The translations under genes were made by a program, and so were the position numbers. The notes under the pieces are model-generated. The model was not told the DNA's origin. It worked only from the letters and a program-made list of their open reading frames with translations, and did not search any database. From NCBI GenBank assembly GCA_016186435.1, contig JACPLQ010000001.1, positions 1 through 59,212 on the forward strand: a stretch of 59,212 nucleotides of DNA, in the 5' to 3' direction. This document shows, in pieces, positions 8,064-19,896 of the stretch. The number at the start of each line of letters is the position of its first letter. Position 1 is the first letter of the stretch. Source of the DNA: Candidatus Nomurabacteria bacterium (GTDB taxonomy: Bacteria > Patescibacteriota > Minisyncoccia > Phycocordibacterales > UBA9973).

Positions 8064-9107
8064 ATGAGCCGACTGATTCATACCTATCAGAATATCATAA
8101 GTGTGGAAAATTTGCTCCTTGCCTGGCAGGAGTTTCTGCGCGGCAAGAAGGGTAAGAAAGATATAATTTTATTTCAAACCAAGCTAATGGACAACATCCT
8201 ATCCCTGCATCAGGATTTAAAAAACAAAACCTACAAACATGGCGGGTATGTAGCTTTTAACATATCCGATCCCAAACCCAGAAATATCCACAAGGCAACA
8301 GTGCGCGATAGGCTGCTTCATCATGCGATTTATAGAATTTTGTATCCATATTTCGACACAAAATTCATTCATGGTTCATATTCTTGCAGAATAGGAAAGG
8401 GCACGCATAGAGCGATCAACCGACTGCGGGAATTTCACCGAAAAGTTTCCAAGAACAACACCAAAACCTGCTATGTTCTAAAGTGCGACATCCGAAAATT
8501 CTTTGCAAATATTGACCACAGAATATTAAAAAATATTTTAGCGCAACATATCAAAGATAAAGACGTCCTATGGCTCTTGGGACAGGTGATAAATAGCTTC
8601 TCTTCACAAAAACATATTTACGCCATGGCTGATATGTATAAAGGCCTTCCGCTCGGGAACTTAACTAGCCAGCTTTTAGTAAATATTTATATGAACGAAT
8701 TTGACCAGTATATGAAAAGGGCGCTCAAGATTAAATGTTATATTAGATACGCAGATGATTTTGTAATTTTGCAAAATGACAAAATAGAACTTGAAAATCT
8801 TTTATCTAAAATCTCTAATTTTCTCTGTGAGAGTCTAAAGCTCTCATTACATCCCGACAAAGTTTATATTAAAACTATAGCTTCGGGAGTGGATTTTCTC
8901 GGGTGGGTGAATTTTCCCAAACACAGAGTTTTGAGGACGAGTACAAAAAGGCGTGCATTAAAAAATTTGTTGAATAATCCAACAAAGCCAGTAATAGTCT
9001 CCTACTTGAGCCTTTTTAAACACGGAAATATGAAGAAGATTCAAGCCGGTGCGGGTTTAAGGTATAATGGGCAGAATGGCCGAGCTTTTGTTTACAGAAG
9101 AATATAA
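8064..9107 (+). CDS. DGR reverse transcriptase
   Basis: RT motifs including IRYADDFVIL (YxDD) and the DGR-typical GLPLGNLTSQLLVNIYMNEFD. Confidence 0.9.
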   Translation: MSRLIHTYQNIISVENLLLAWQEFLRGKKGKKDIILFQTKLMDNILSLHQDLKNKTYKHGGYVAFNISDPKPRNIHKATVRDRLLHHAIYRILYPYFDTKFIHGSYSCRIGKGTHRAINRLREFHRKVSKNNTKTCYVLKCDIRKFFANIDHRILKNILAQHIKDKDVLWLLGQVINSFSSQKHIYAMADMYKGLPLGNLTSQLLVNIYMNEFDQYMKRALKIKCYIRYADDFVILQNDKIELENLLSKISNFLCESLKLSLHPDKVYIKTIASGVDFLGWVNFPKHRVLRTSTKRRALKNLLNNPTKPVIVSYLSLFKHGNMKKIQAGAGLRYNGQNGRAFVYRRI

Positions 9108-11961
9108 AAAACTAAACTTTGCCCAAAAAGAAGCAGTAGATTTGATTGACGGGCCGGTAATGGTGGTGGCGGGGCCGGGGACGGGGAAGACCCAGGTCTT
9201 GGCGCTTCGGATTGCCAATATTCTAAAAAAGACCGACGTGGGGGGCGACAGCATTCTTTGTCTCACGTTCACAAATTCCGCGGTGGGGGCCATGCGCGAA
9301 CGCTTGGTTCGCTATATCGGTGAAGCGGGGCAAAAAGTAAATATTTTTACTTTTCACAGTTTTGGCCTGGAGATTATAGAAAAATATTTTGATGTTTTGG
9401 GCTTGCGTGAGCCGCCCAAGCTCCTGGATGAATCCGAAAGCGCAGAATTCTTTGATGAAATTTTAGAAACTGGAGATTGGGAATTTTTGCGCCCACGCGG
9501 AGACAAGACCAGATATTTTGTCGACCTAAAATCGCTCTTTTCTCTTTTGAAACGCGAACGCATTACGGCGGAAGATTTTGCCGTGGCAATCGAACAGGCA
9601 ATTAAAAAGATTTCAGAAAGCGAAGACAGTATTTCAACCAGAGGCGCGAGCAAAGGCGAGCTCAAGCAGGAAGTAAAAAAAGACATTGAGAGTTTGGAGA
9701 AAAGCCGGGAAGTCGCCCGTTTTTTAGAAGTTTACGAGGTCCGCAAGAAAGAAAAAAATATGCTTGACTATGATGATGTCTTGGAAAACCTGGTCCGCAT
9801 CATGGAGACTTCCGAGGAAGCTCTGGCAGATATTCGCGAACAGTATCTCTACATTCTGGTGGACGAGCACCAGGATTCTTCCCGGGTGCAGAATGAATTT
9901 CTCTCGCGCGCTTGGGGCGAGGTGGAAGCCCCCAACATATTCGTGGTGGGCGACGACCGCCAGCTGATTTACGGCTTTGCCGGCGCGTCCATTGACCACT
10001 TCATAAGTTTCCAAAAAACTTTTCCGGGCGCCAAGCTGGTGCCATTGCTGGAAAATTATCGCTCCACTCAAGTAATCCTGGATGCGGCCCACGCGCTGCT
10101 CCCGAGTGTTTTATCTAAAGAAAAGCTCGTTAGTCAAAGTAAAGAAGCGCACCCAATCAAACTCGTAGAAGCTCAAACTCCGCGGGAGGAAATATTTGCG
10201 GCGGGGGAGGCAATAAAAAAGAAAATCGCGGAGGGCGTCAACCCCAATGCTTGCGCTCTACTTGTGCCCCAAAATATGCAAGCCCGCACGGCGCTGGAAA
10301 TATTGCACGCGATGAATCTGCCGCTCGCACTCGAGGAAGCGCTCAATCTATTTGACCAAAAAGAAGCGCACGCACTCTTGCGGATTTTAAAAATAATTTC
10401 CAAAGAAACTACAAAGAGCGATGCGCCAGCACTCGCCCTCTCTTTTTGGGATGATTTGTCCGGTATCCCGCCACTCGAAGCGCATAAGTTTTTAGCGAGT
10501 TTAAATATGCGCGAATTTTCTTTTGAGTCTTTACTCAACGCTCCCAAAACGCTATGGGGCGAAGGCGCTGTGGGAATGTGGCTTGGTAAACTTGCCAAAT
10601 GGCAGAAGGACGCAGAAGAAAATGACTTGTCCGCGCTCTTAGAAATTATTACTCGGGAAATATTTAATAAAGAAACTGCAAAAAAGAGGATTGTCCCGAT
10701 TGCAGATATCGCCGCAACCTTTCTGGCGCTTTTGGAAAAGCGTCCCGAGGCGTCCCTGCCGGAGTTCGTGGCATATCTTGATAAAGTGGTGGAATATGGC
10801 GACCCTATACCTTTAATTACCGAAAAGAAAAATGGTGTGCGGGTGCTGACTATGCACAAAGCCAAGGGCTTGGAATTTGATTTTGTCTGGATTGCGCATA
10901 TGGACGAGCGATCGCTAACCGGCGGGCGGAAATTTAATTTTGCTTTACCCGAGAGTATAAAAGAAAAAATAGAGGAGCGGGATATTGACGCGGTCAAGCG
11001 CAAACTTTTCGTGGCTATCACCCGCGCCAAGCGCTTTTGCGCCCTCTCGTATGCCTCTGCCTCGCATAAAGGGCGGGAGCAGGAACTCGCGAAAATTATC
11101 GCAGAGCTACCCGAAGAAGTTTTTTCCCGACACCCGGATAGGTCGGGATCCCGACTGCAAACGTCGGGGGAAAAACTAAAGTCGCGCGATCTCGCGGAGC
11201 TTAAAAAATTAGTCAAAGAAAAATATGCCGAGCGCTACGTTTCCGCCTCAATGCTGAATAATTTTTTTGAATGTCCTTGGAAATGGTATTTTCGGAATCT
11301 TTTGGGCATGCAGGAGCCCACAAACGAAAATTTAATTTTCGGCAGTGCGGTGCATGCGGCCCTGGAGCGGATTTTGAAACTTGGCAAGATAGTTTTGCCG
11401 GACAACGAAGAAGTCGCTCGCGTGGTCAAAGCTTGGGCCGAGAGGCGATTGCATGAGATTGAAAAGGCGCGTGAGAGCGAATATCCGCTTTCTGTAGGGG
11501 ACAAAAGATTTCCGCATCTCAAAATCTATGGCAAAATAGATTTGCTCGAGAAGCTCGGAGGGAATGAAGTGCGCGTGACAGATTTCAAGACCGGCAGCGC
11601 TCGCAAGAAAAGTGAAATTGAAAAATTGGACGATGAAGGCCGCTTGAGCGGCAATTTGCGCCAGCTTGCGATGTACGCTTATCTTATAGAGACAAGCCCC
11701 AAGTGGCGGGCGAGAGTGAGCGAATCAGCGCTTGAATTTGTGGAAGCAAAAGACAGGAAAAATGCTTTTTACCGTGCCGCGATCACACCGAACCAAATAA
11801 AACTTTTAGTAAAAGACATAAGAGATTATAATGAGCTGGTTTTAAAGGGGGAATGGGTCAATAGACCCTGCAATTACAATTCTTACGGCCACGCCAGAGG
11901 ACGGGCAGGCAATAATACTGAGTGCGAATACTGTACAATGGCAGAAATATATAAAGCCTAA
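9076..11961 (+). CDS. UvrD/PcrA-type helicase fused to a RecB-family PD-(D/E)XK nuclease with a Cas4/AddB-like Cys cluster
   Basis: Walker A AGPGTGKT, DEHQD, and VLTMHKAKGLEFDFVWI. The C-terminus has GKIDLLEK..VRVTDFKTG..QLAMYAYL plus Cys at FECPW and CNYNSY..CEYC. The track start is 9067; the ATG at 9076 sits 7 nt after the TATAAT at 9063-9068. Confidence 0.85.
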   Translation: MAELLFTEEYKKLNFAQKEAVDLIDGPVMVVAGPGTGKTQVLALRIANILKKTDVGGDSILCLTFTNSAVGAMRERLVRYIGEAGQKVNIFTFHSFGLEIIEKYFDVLGLREPPKLLDESESAEFFDEILETGDWEFLRPRGDKTRYFVDLKSLFSLLKRERITAEDFAVAIEQAIKKISESEDSISTRGASKGELKQEVKKDIESLEKSREVARFLEVYEVRKKEKNMLDYDDVLENLVRIMETSEEALADIREQYLYILVDEHQDSSRVQNEFLSRAWGEVEAPNIFVVGDDRQLIYGFAGASIDHFISFQKTFPGAKLVPLLENYRSTQVILDAAHALLPSVLSKEKLVSQSKEAHPIKLVEAQTPREEIFAAGEAIKKKIAEGVNPNACALLVPQNMQARTALEILHAMNLPLALEEALNLFDQKEAHALLRILKIISKETTKSDAPALALSFWDDLSGIPPLEAHKFLASLNMREFSFESLLNAPKTLWGEGAVGMWLGKLAKWQKDAEENDLSALLEIITREIFNKETAKKRIVPIADIAATFLALLEKRPEASLPEFVAYLDKVVEYGDPIPLITEKKNGVRVLTMHKAKGLEFDFVWIAHMDERSLTGGRKFNFALPESIKEKIEERDIDAVKRKLFVAITRAKRFCALSYASASHKGREQELAKIIAELPEEVFSRHPDRSGSRLQTSGEKLKSRDLAELKKLVKEKYAERYVSASMLNNFFECPWKWYFRNLLGMQEPTNENLIFGSAVHAALERILKLGKIVLPDNEEVARVVKAWAERRLHEIEKARESEYPLSVGDKRFPHLKIYGKIDLLEKLGGNEVRVTDFKTGSARKKSEIEKLDDEGRLSGNLRQLAMYAYLIETSPKWRARVSESALEFVEAKDRKNAFYRAAITPNQIKLLVKDIRDYNELVLKGEWVNRPCNYNSYGHARGRAGNNTECEYCTMAEIYKA

Positions 11962-12071
11962 TTAATTAGGTTTGGCCCGTTATCCAGCCAGCTCAAATAA
12001 AGGCCTATAGTAAAGAAAATAACGGCTGTAATTATCAATATAAAATAGATTTCTTTGGTTTCTCTATCCAT
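11961..12071 (-). CDS. possible 36-aa single-pass membrane peptide
   Basis: Hand translation gives MDRETKEIYFILIITAVIFFTIGLYLSWLDNGPNLIN. It is below the ORF-track length cutoff. Confidence 0.3.
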
Positions 12072-12089
12072 GGGTAGATTCTAGCAGAA

Positions 12090-15488
<3,399 letters not shown>

Positions 15489-15511
15489 ATTCCTTTTGTT
15501 ATAATACTTAT

Positions 15512-15739
15512 ATGAATACTTACAGCATAAAAATTCCAAAGAGTTTAGCTCAAATGGGGGATTTAATGCTTGTGCCAAGAGCAGAATACGAGTCTTTTTT
15601 GGAGTTCAAAAAAATAAAAGAATATACGCCGACTAAAGCAGAGAGAGCTTCTTTAAAAAGAGCTAGATTAAACCGAAAAAAGGGAAATTATTTAACTATC
15701 AGAGAACTCAAAAATGAATTGGGTTTTACAAACAGATAA
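15512..15739 (+). CDS. antitoxin of the RelE/ParE pair
   Basis: A small ORF overlapping the toxin start. It shares the LMxVPRxxYE motif with the antitoxin at 5945. TATAAT lies 6 nt upstream of the ATG. Confidence 0.6.
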   Translation: MNTYSIKIPKSLAQMGDLMLVPRAEYESFLEFKKIKEYTPTKAERASLKRARLNRKKGNYLTIRELKNELGFTNR

Positions 15740-15971
15740 TTCTATAAAAAAGTTTTGCGCAAAAATATCGAAATCTGACGCAAGACGTATTATTGAAACC
15801 ATAGAAAGTTTAGAAGACAATCCCTTTTTCGGGGATATTCAAAAAATGAAAGATGAAGAAAATTCTTGGCGCAGACGTGTAGGAAATTATAGAATTTTTT
15901 ATGAAATCATACCCAAAGAGAATTTAATTTACGTTTATGAAGTAAGACGAAGAACTTCAAATACCTATTAA
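15714..15971 (+). CDS. RelE/ParE family type II toxin
   Basis: WRRRVGNYRIFYEIIPKENLIYVYEVRRR is the RelE/ParE C-terminal signature. Confidence 0.8.
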   Translation: MNWVLQTDNSIKKFCAKISKSDARRIIETIESLEDNPFFGDIQKMKDEENSWRRRVGNYRIFYEIIPKENLIYVYEVRRRTSNTY

Positions 15972-16004
15972 ATTAGCGGAGATTGATATCTAGGGTAATT
16001 GTTA

Positions 16005-16121
16005 CCTTAATCTAAACAGTACCCAATTCAAAGGAGAAAAAGAGCTAGCCAAAGCGAAGAAAATAAAAAGGGTAAGTGTTATCAGCAAAATCCAAGTTGC
16101 TTCATTTATAAATTTTTTCAT
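16005..16121 (-). CDS. possible 38-aa membrane peptide, translationally coupled to thrS (TAATG overlap)
   Basis: Hand translation gives MKKFINEATWILLITLTLFIFFALASSFSPLNWVLFRLR. Confidence 0.3.
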
Positions 16122-17869
16122 TATATTTTATTTTTTATCTCACCCAATAATTTCCCCAAAAGTTCTTCTGGGGAAATTTGGCCGATTTGGCCGTGGTCTC
16201 TGGATTCGAGAGTAACTTTGCCCGCTTCTATTTCTTTATCGCCGATGACGAGCCAGTAGGGGATTTTGTTATTTTTTGCATCGCGGACTTTGGCCCCCAG
16301 ATTTTCGTCTTTATCGTCCAGCTCCGCGCGTATATTATTCGCTGTAAGCGTTTCAAAAATTTTCCTGGCGTATTCATTGTGGCTTGTGCGGACCGGGATA
16401 ACTTTTACCTGCACCGGCGAGAGCCAGAGAGGGAAAGCACCGGCAAAATGCTCTAATAAGAAACCAATCATTCTTTCATGTGATCCAAGTGGAGCTCGGT
16501 GTATCACGTAAGGCATTTTTTTACTACCATCCTTGGAGGTATATTCAAGATCAAAGCGTTTAGGCATATAAAGATCAAGCTGAACTGTACCAATCGCATA
16601 TTCTTTTCCGATTACGGATTTAATATATATATCTGCTTTGGGTCCATAGTGTGCTGCACCTCCTTCTTCGACTACATATTTTACCCCCACTTTATCTAAG
16701 GCTTCCTTCGTTAGTTTTTCTGCTTCATCCCACATCGCATCGTCACCATGATATTTGGATCGCAAATTGTTGGGATCTCTTACTCCAAAAACTACCCACC
16801 AATCCAAAATTCCCAAGTTTTTATAATAATATTCATGCATTTTGAACACACTTAAAAGTTCTGAAATTGCGTCTTCTGGTTTTACATAAATGTGAGCATC
16901 ATTTTGGCAAAAGCCCCTTGCACGCATAAGACCATGTAATGTACCAGATCTTTCAAATCTATATACTTGGCCATATTCCGCTAGACGTAAAGTTAAATCT
17001 CTATAACTTCGTGGTTTACTTTTATATATCATGTGAGCGAAAGGACAATTCATCGGTTTTAAATAGTATTCTTCACCCTCAATATCAATGGGAGAGTATA
17101 AATCGTCTTTGTAGTATGGCAAGTGTCCTGAAATTTCAAACAGATCCTTTTTAGTTATGTGGGGAGTGGAAATGTGTTTATACCCCCATTTTATTTCCGT
17201 TTCCTTTGCCCATTTTTCCAACTCTTGTCTTATAACTGTTCCGTTTGGTAACCATAGCGGAAGCCCCATACCTACTTCCTCAGAAAAAGTAAAAATCTCT
17301 AATTCTTTTCCCAATTTTCGATGGTCTCTTTTTTCCGCCTCTTCCCGTTGGCTCAAATATGCATCCAATTGTTCTTTTGTTTCAAAAGCCAGCCCGTAAA
17401 TGCGGGTCAGCATTTTATTTTTTTCATCTCCGCGCCAATATGCGCCTGCTACGCGGTCTAATTTGAAAGATTCAGGATCTATTTCTTTGGCAGGGTTTTT
17501 TAAGTGCCCTCCTCGGCAAAGATCGGTAAATCCTCCGCAAGTATAAGTAGTAATCTTTTCTCCGCGTTCAGCGATCTCATTTATTAGCTCCTGCTTGTAT
17601 TCATTTTTGAAAAAATTCAGAGCTTCATCTTTGGATATTTCTTTATGTTCCCAGTCTGTCCATTTAGGCAGAATCTTTTTCATCCTGTCTTCAATTTTTT
17701 TCAAATCAGCATCGCTTACTTTTTCATCCCCGAAATCAATATCGTAATAGAATCCATTATCTATCGCTGGCCCGAGGGTAAGCTTGACCTTATCAAATTT
17801 ATATATTTCTCCGACAGAGGCGGCCAAAAGGTGAGCTAAAGAATGCCTTAAGTTGTGCAATTTGTCCAT
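16121..17869 (-). CDS. thrS: threonine--tRNA ligase (short form lacking the N-terminal TGS region)
   Basis: It begins at the editing/second-additional-domain HxxxH motif (NLRHSLAHLLA). It has a class II core (YRFERSGTLHGLMRARGF) and a HisRS-like anticodon domain. Confidence 0.9.
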   Translation of the reverse strand: MDKLHNLRHSLAHLLAASVGEIYKFDKVKLTLGPAIDNGFYYDIDFGDEKVSDADLKKIEDRMKKILPKWTDWEHKEISKDEALNFFKNEYKQELINEIAERGEKITTYTCGGFTDLCRGGHLKNPAKEIDPESFKLDRVAGAYWRGDEKNKMLTRIYGLAFETKEQLDAYLSQREEAEKRDHRKLGKELEIFTFSEEVGMGLPLWLPNGTVIRQELEKWAKETEIKWGYKHISTPHITKKDLFEISGHLPYYKDDLYSPIDIEGEEYYLKPMNCPFAHMIYKSKPRSYRDLTLRLAEYGQVYRFERSGTLHGLMRARGFCQNDAHIYVKPEDAISELLSVFKMHEYYYKNLGILDWWVVFGVRDPNNLRSKYHGDDAMWDEAEKLTKEALDKVGVKYVVEEGGAAHYGPKADIYIKSVIGKEYAIGTVQLDLYMPKRFDLEYTSKDGSKKMPYVIHRAPLGSHERMIGFLLEHFAGAFPLWLSPVQVKVIPVRTSHNEYARKIFETLTANNIRAELDDKDENLGAKVRDAKNNKIPYWLVIGDKEIEAGKVTLESRDHGQIGQISPEELLGKLLGEIKNKI

Positions 17870-17931
17870 AACCCATATATTAGCACATTAAAAATTGCTT
17901 TTCATCCCTAATATGCTAGTATGTACCCATT

Positions 17932-18156
17932 ATGGTAATACGGATGAGGCATACAAAATCGCATACGAAAAATAGGCGCTCGCACCATGCTTTGATGAGC
18001 ACTAGTTTTACTAAGTGTGAAAATTGCAAGGCTCTGAAGCGACGGCATACGGTTTGCGTGGCCTGCGGGTTTTACCGAGGCAAAAAGATGCTGGATCTGA
18101 TCAAAAAGACCGAAAAGAAACAAAAGAAAGCAAAGGCAAAAGCGGCGCAGAAGTAA
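17932..18156 (+). CDS. rpmF: 50S ribosomal protein L32
   Basis: RHTKSHTKNRRSHHAL...CENC...HTVCVACGFYRGK matches the L32 zinc-ribbon pattern. The extended -10 TGCTAGTAT lies 9 nt upstream. Confidence 0.85.
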   Translation: MVIRMRHTKSHTKNRRSHHALMSTSFTKCENCKALKRRHTVCVACGFYRGKKMLDLIKKTEKKQKKAKAKAAQK

Positions 18157-18232
18157 TGTTATGGCATCCCGAACGAAGCCTTCGGCTCATACGGGATTGC
18201 TCATAAATTATATTCACTTTGTTCATTAATTT

Positions 18233-19171
18233 ATGGCAAATAGGCACCTTTCAAGATCAATAGTTCTTCAGACTCTCTTTGAACGGGATTTCACTCCTGC
18301 AGATAAAGAAGGTGAAAGCCTGAACATGGAGGAAGTGCAAGAAGCATTAAAAAGAAATTTAAAAGAATTTGCGCCCGGTTTTGAAGACGATGCTTTCGTC
18401 TTTTCGCTTGCCGACCAGGTACTAAAAAAACAGGCAGTAGTCGATGAAATTATAGAAAAAGCGGCGCCGGACTGGCCGATTGACAAAATCTCCGTGGTAG
18501 ACAGGAATATTTTGAGGATTGGACTCACAGAGCTTTTGTTCGGAGACCGCAAAGAAGTGCCTCCCAAAGTCGCAATCAACGAAGCTATAGAGCTTGCCAA
18601 AACTTTCGGCGGAGAAAATTCCGGCAAATTTGTAAACGGAGTATTGGGCGCGGTCTACAAAGAAATCGGCGAGCCGGGCAAGGAGCAGATTAGTAAAAAG
18701 AAAAATATTAACGAACCGGTGGATATTTCCAAATTGCCGGTAGATAAAAAAGGCGGAGCATTGGTATATACCAGAAAAGACAATCAGCGCGAAGGAAATA
18801 TTTTGTTTGCTCTTGTGCATGATGTTTTCGGATATTGGACAATTTCTAAAGGCACGATTGAAGAGGGGGAAAATGAACGGGAGGCGACAATACGCGAGAT
18901 CAAAGAAGAAATAGGACTAGATATTGAGATAGAAGAAAAGCTTGGAGAAAATCAATATGTGGCTTCGCATCCCGAAAAGGGAAAAAGCTTAAAAAAAGTT
19001 TCTTACTTTTTAGCAAAAAGCGAATACAAAGAGCTTGTGCTTGAGAAATCTACCGGGCTTGACGCTGCGCGCTGGTTTGAGCTTTCAGCTATTCCGGAAC
19101 TTCACATTTATAACGACATTATTCCGCTTATCAGCAAGGCTATAGAAATACTGAGTAGTAAAAAGTTATAA
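18233..19171 (+). CDS. nusB: NusB antitermination factor fused to a C-terminal Nudix hydrolase domain
   Basis: NusB signature ([14 protein letters not shown]...[26 protein letters not shown]). It is followed by the Nudix box [23 protein letters not shown]. Confidence 0.8.
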   Translation: MANRHLSRSIVLQTLFERDFTPADKEGESLNMEEVQEALKRNLKEFAPGFEDDAFVFSLADQVLKKQAVVDEIIEKAAPDWPIDKISVVDRNILRIGLTELLFGDRKEVPPKVAINEAIELAKTFGGENSGKFVNGVLGAVYKEIGEPGKEQISKKKNINEPVDISKLPVDKKGGALVYTRKDNQREGNILFALVHDVFGYWTISKGTIEEGENEREATIREIKEEIGLDIEIEEKLGENQYVASHPEKGKSLKKVSYFLAKSEYKELVLEKSTGLDAARWFELSAIPELHIYNDIIPLISKAIEILSSKKL

Positions 19172-19194
19172 AGTTTATAACGTAGAAAGTAAAT

Positions 19195-19890
19195 ATGGTA
19201 AATTTTTCAGATTTTGAGAAAAAAATAAAAATAACTTTCAAAGACAAGAACTTGCTTATGCAGGCTTTTACCCACCGTTCTTATATAAACGAGAACGGGG
19301 GAACGATTCTCACTCACAACGAGCGCTTGGAATTTTTGGGAGATGCGGTATTGGAACTTATCGTTACGGATTTTCTATACAAAAAATATCCGAATTACAC
19401 CGAAGGAGAATTGACGGCGATACGTTCGGCCCTCGTGAACGCAGTTATAATTTCCGAGGTTGCGAGTGACGTGGGCATGAATGAATATCTTCTCTTATCC
19501 AAAGGCGAAGCGAAGGATCACGGCAAGGCCAGGCAGTATATTTTGGCCAATACTTATGAAGCCGTCGTCGGAGCAGTGTACATGGACCAGGGATATGAAA
19601 CAGCGGAGGCGTTTATAACTAAGACTTTACTGCAAAAAACAGACGAAATTGTAAAAAAGAAACTTTGGCGCGATGCGAAGTCACTAGTGCAGGAAAAGGC
19701 GCAGGAATTTGTGGAGGTCACTCCGATGTATAAAGTTTTGAACGAAGCAGGGCCTGATCATGACAAGCATTTTACGGTGGGAATTTATTTTGCTAAAGAT
19801 TTGATTGCCGAAGGCAAGGGCAAGAGCAAGCAGGAAGCCGAACAGAAGGCAGCAGAAGCGGCATTAAAAGTAAGAAACTGGGTAGACTAA
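19195..19890 (+). CDS. rnc: ribonuclease III
   Basis: NERLEFLGDAVLELIV catalytic signature plus a C-terminal dsRBD. Confidence 0.95.
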   Translation: MVNFSDFEKKIKITFKDKNLLMQAFTHRSYINENGGTILTHNERLEFLGDAVLELIVTDFLYKKYPNYTEGELTAIRSALVNAVIISEVASDVGMNEYLLLSKGEAKDHGKARQYILANTYEAVVGAVYMDQGYETAEAFITKTLLQKTDEIVKKKLWRDAKSLVQEKAQEFVEVTPMYKVLNEAGPDHDKHFTVGIYFAKDLIAEGKGKSKQEAEQKAAEAALKVRNWVD

Positions 19891-19896
19891 ATAAAA

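Noticed and set aside
10173-11216. 347-aa minus-strand ORF inside the helicase gene; similar antisense ORFs occur in dnaG (37659-38375), glnA (54489-55169), rnr (plus-strand ORFs at 24250-26037) and the lipoprotein cassette
   Set aside because: They are antisense to well-supported genes with clear motifs, and they are Ser/Arg/Ala-rich and low in complexity.
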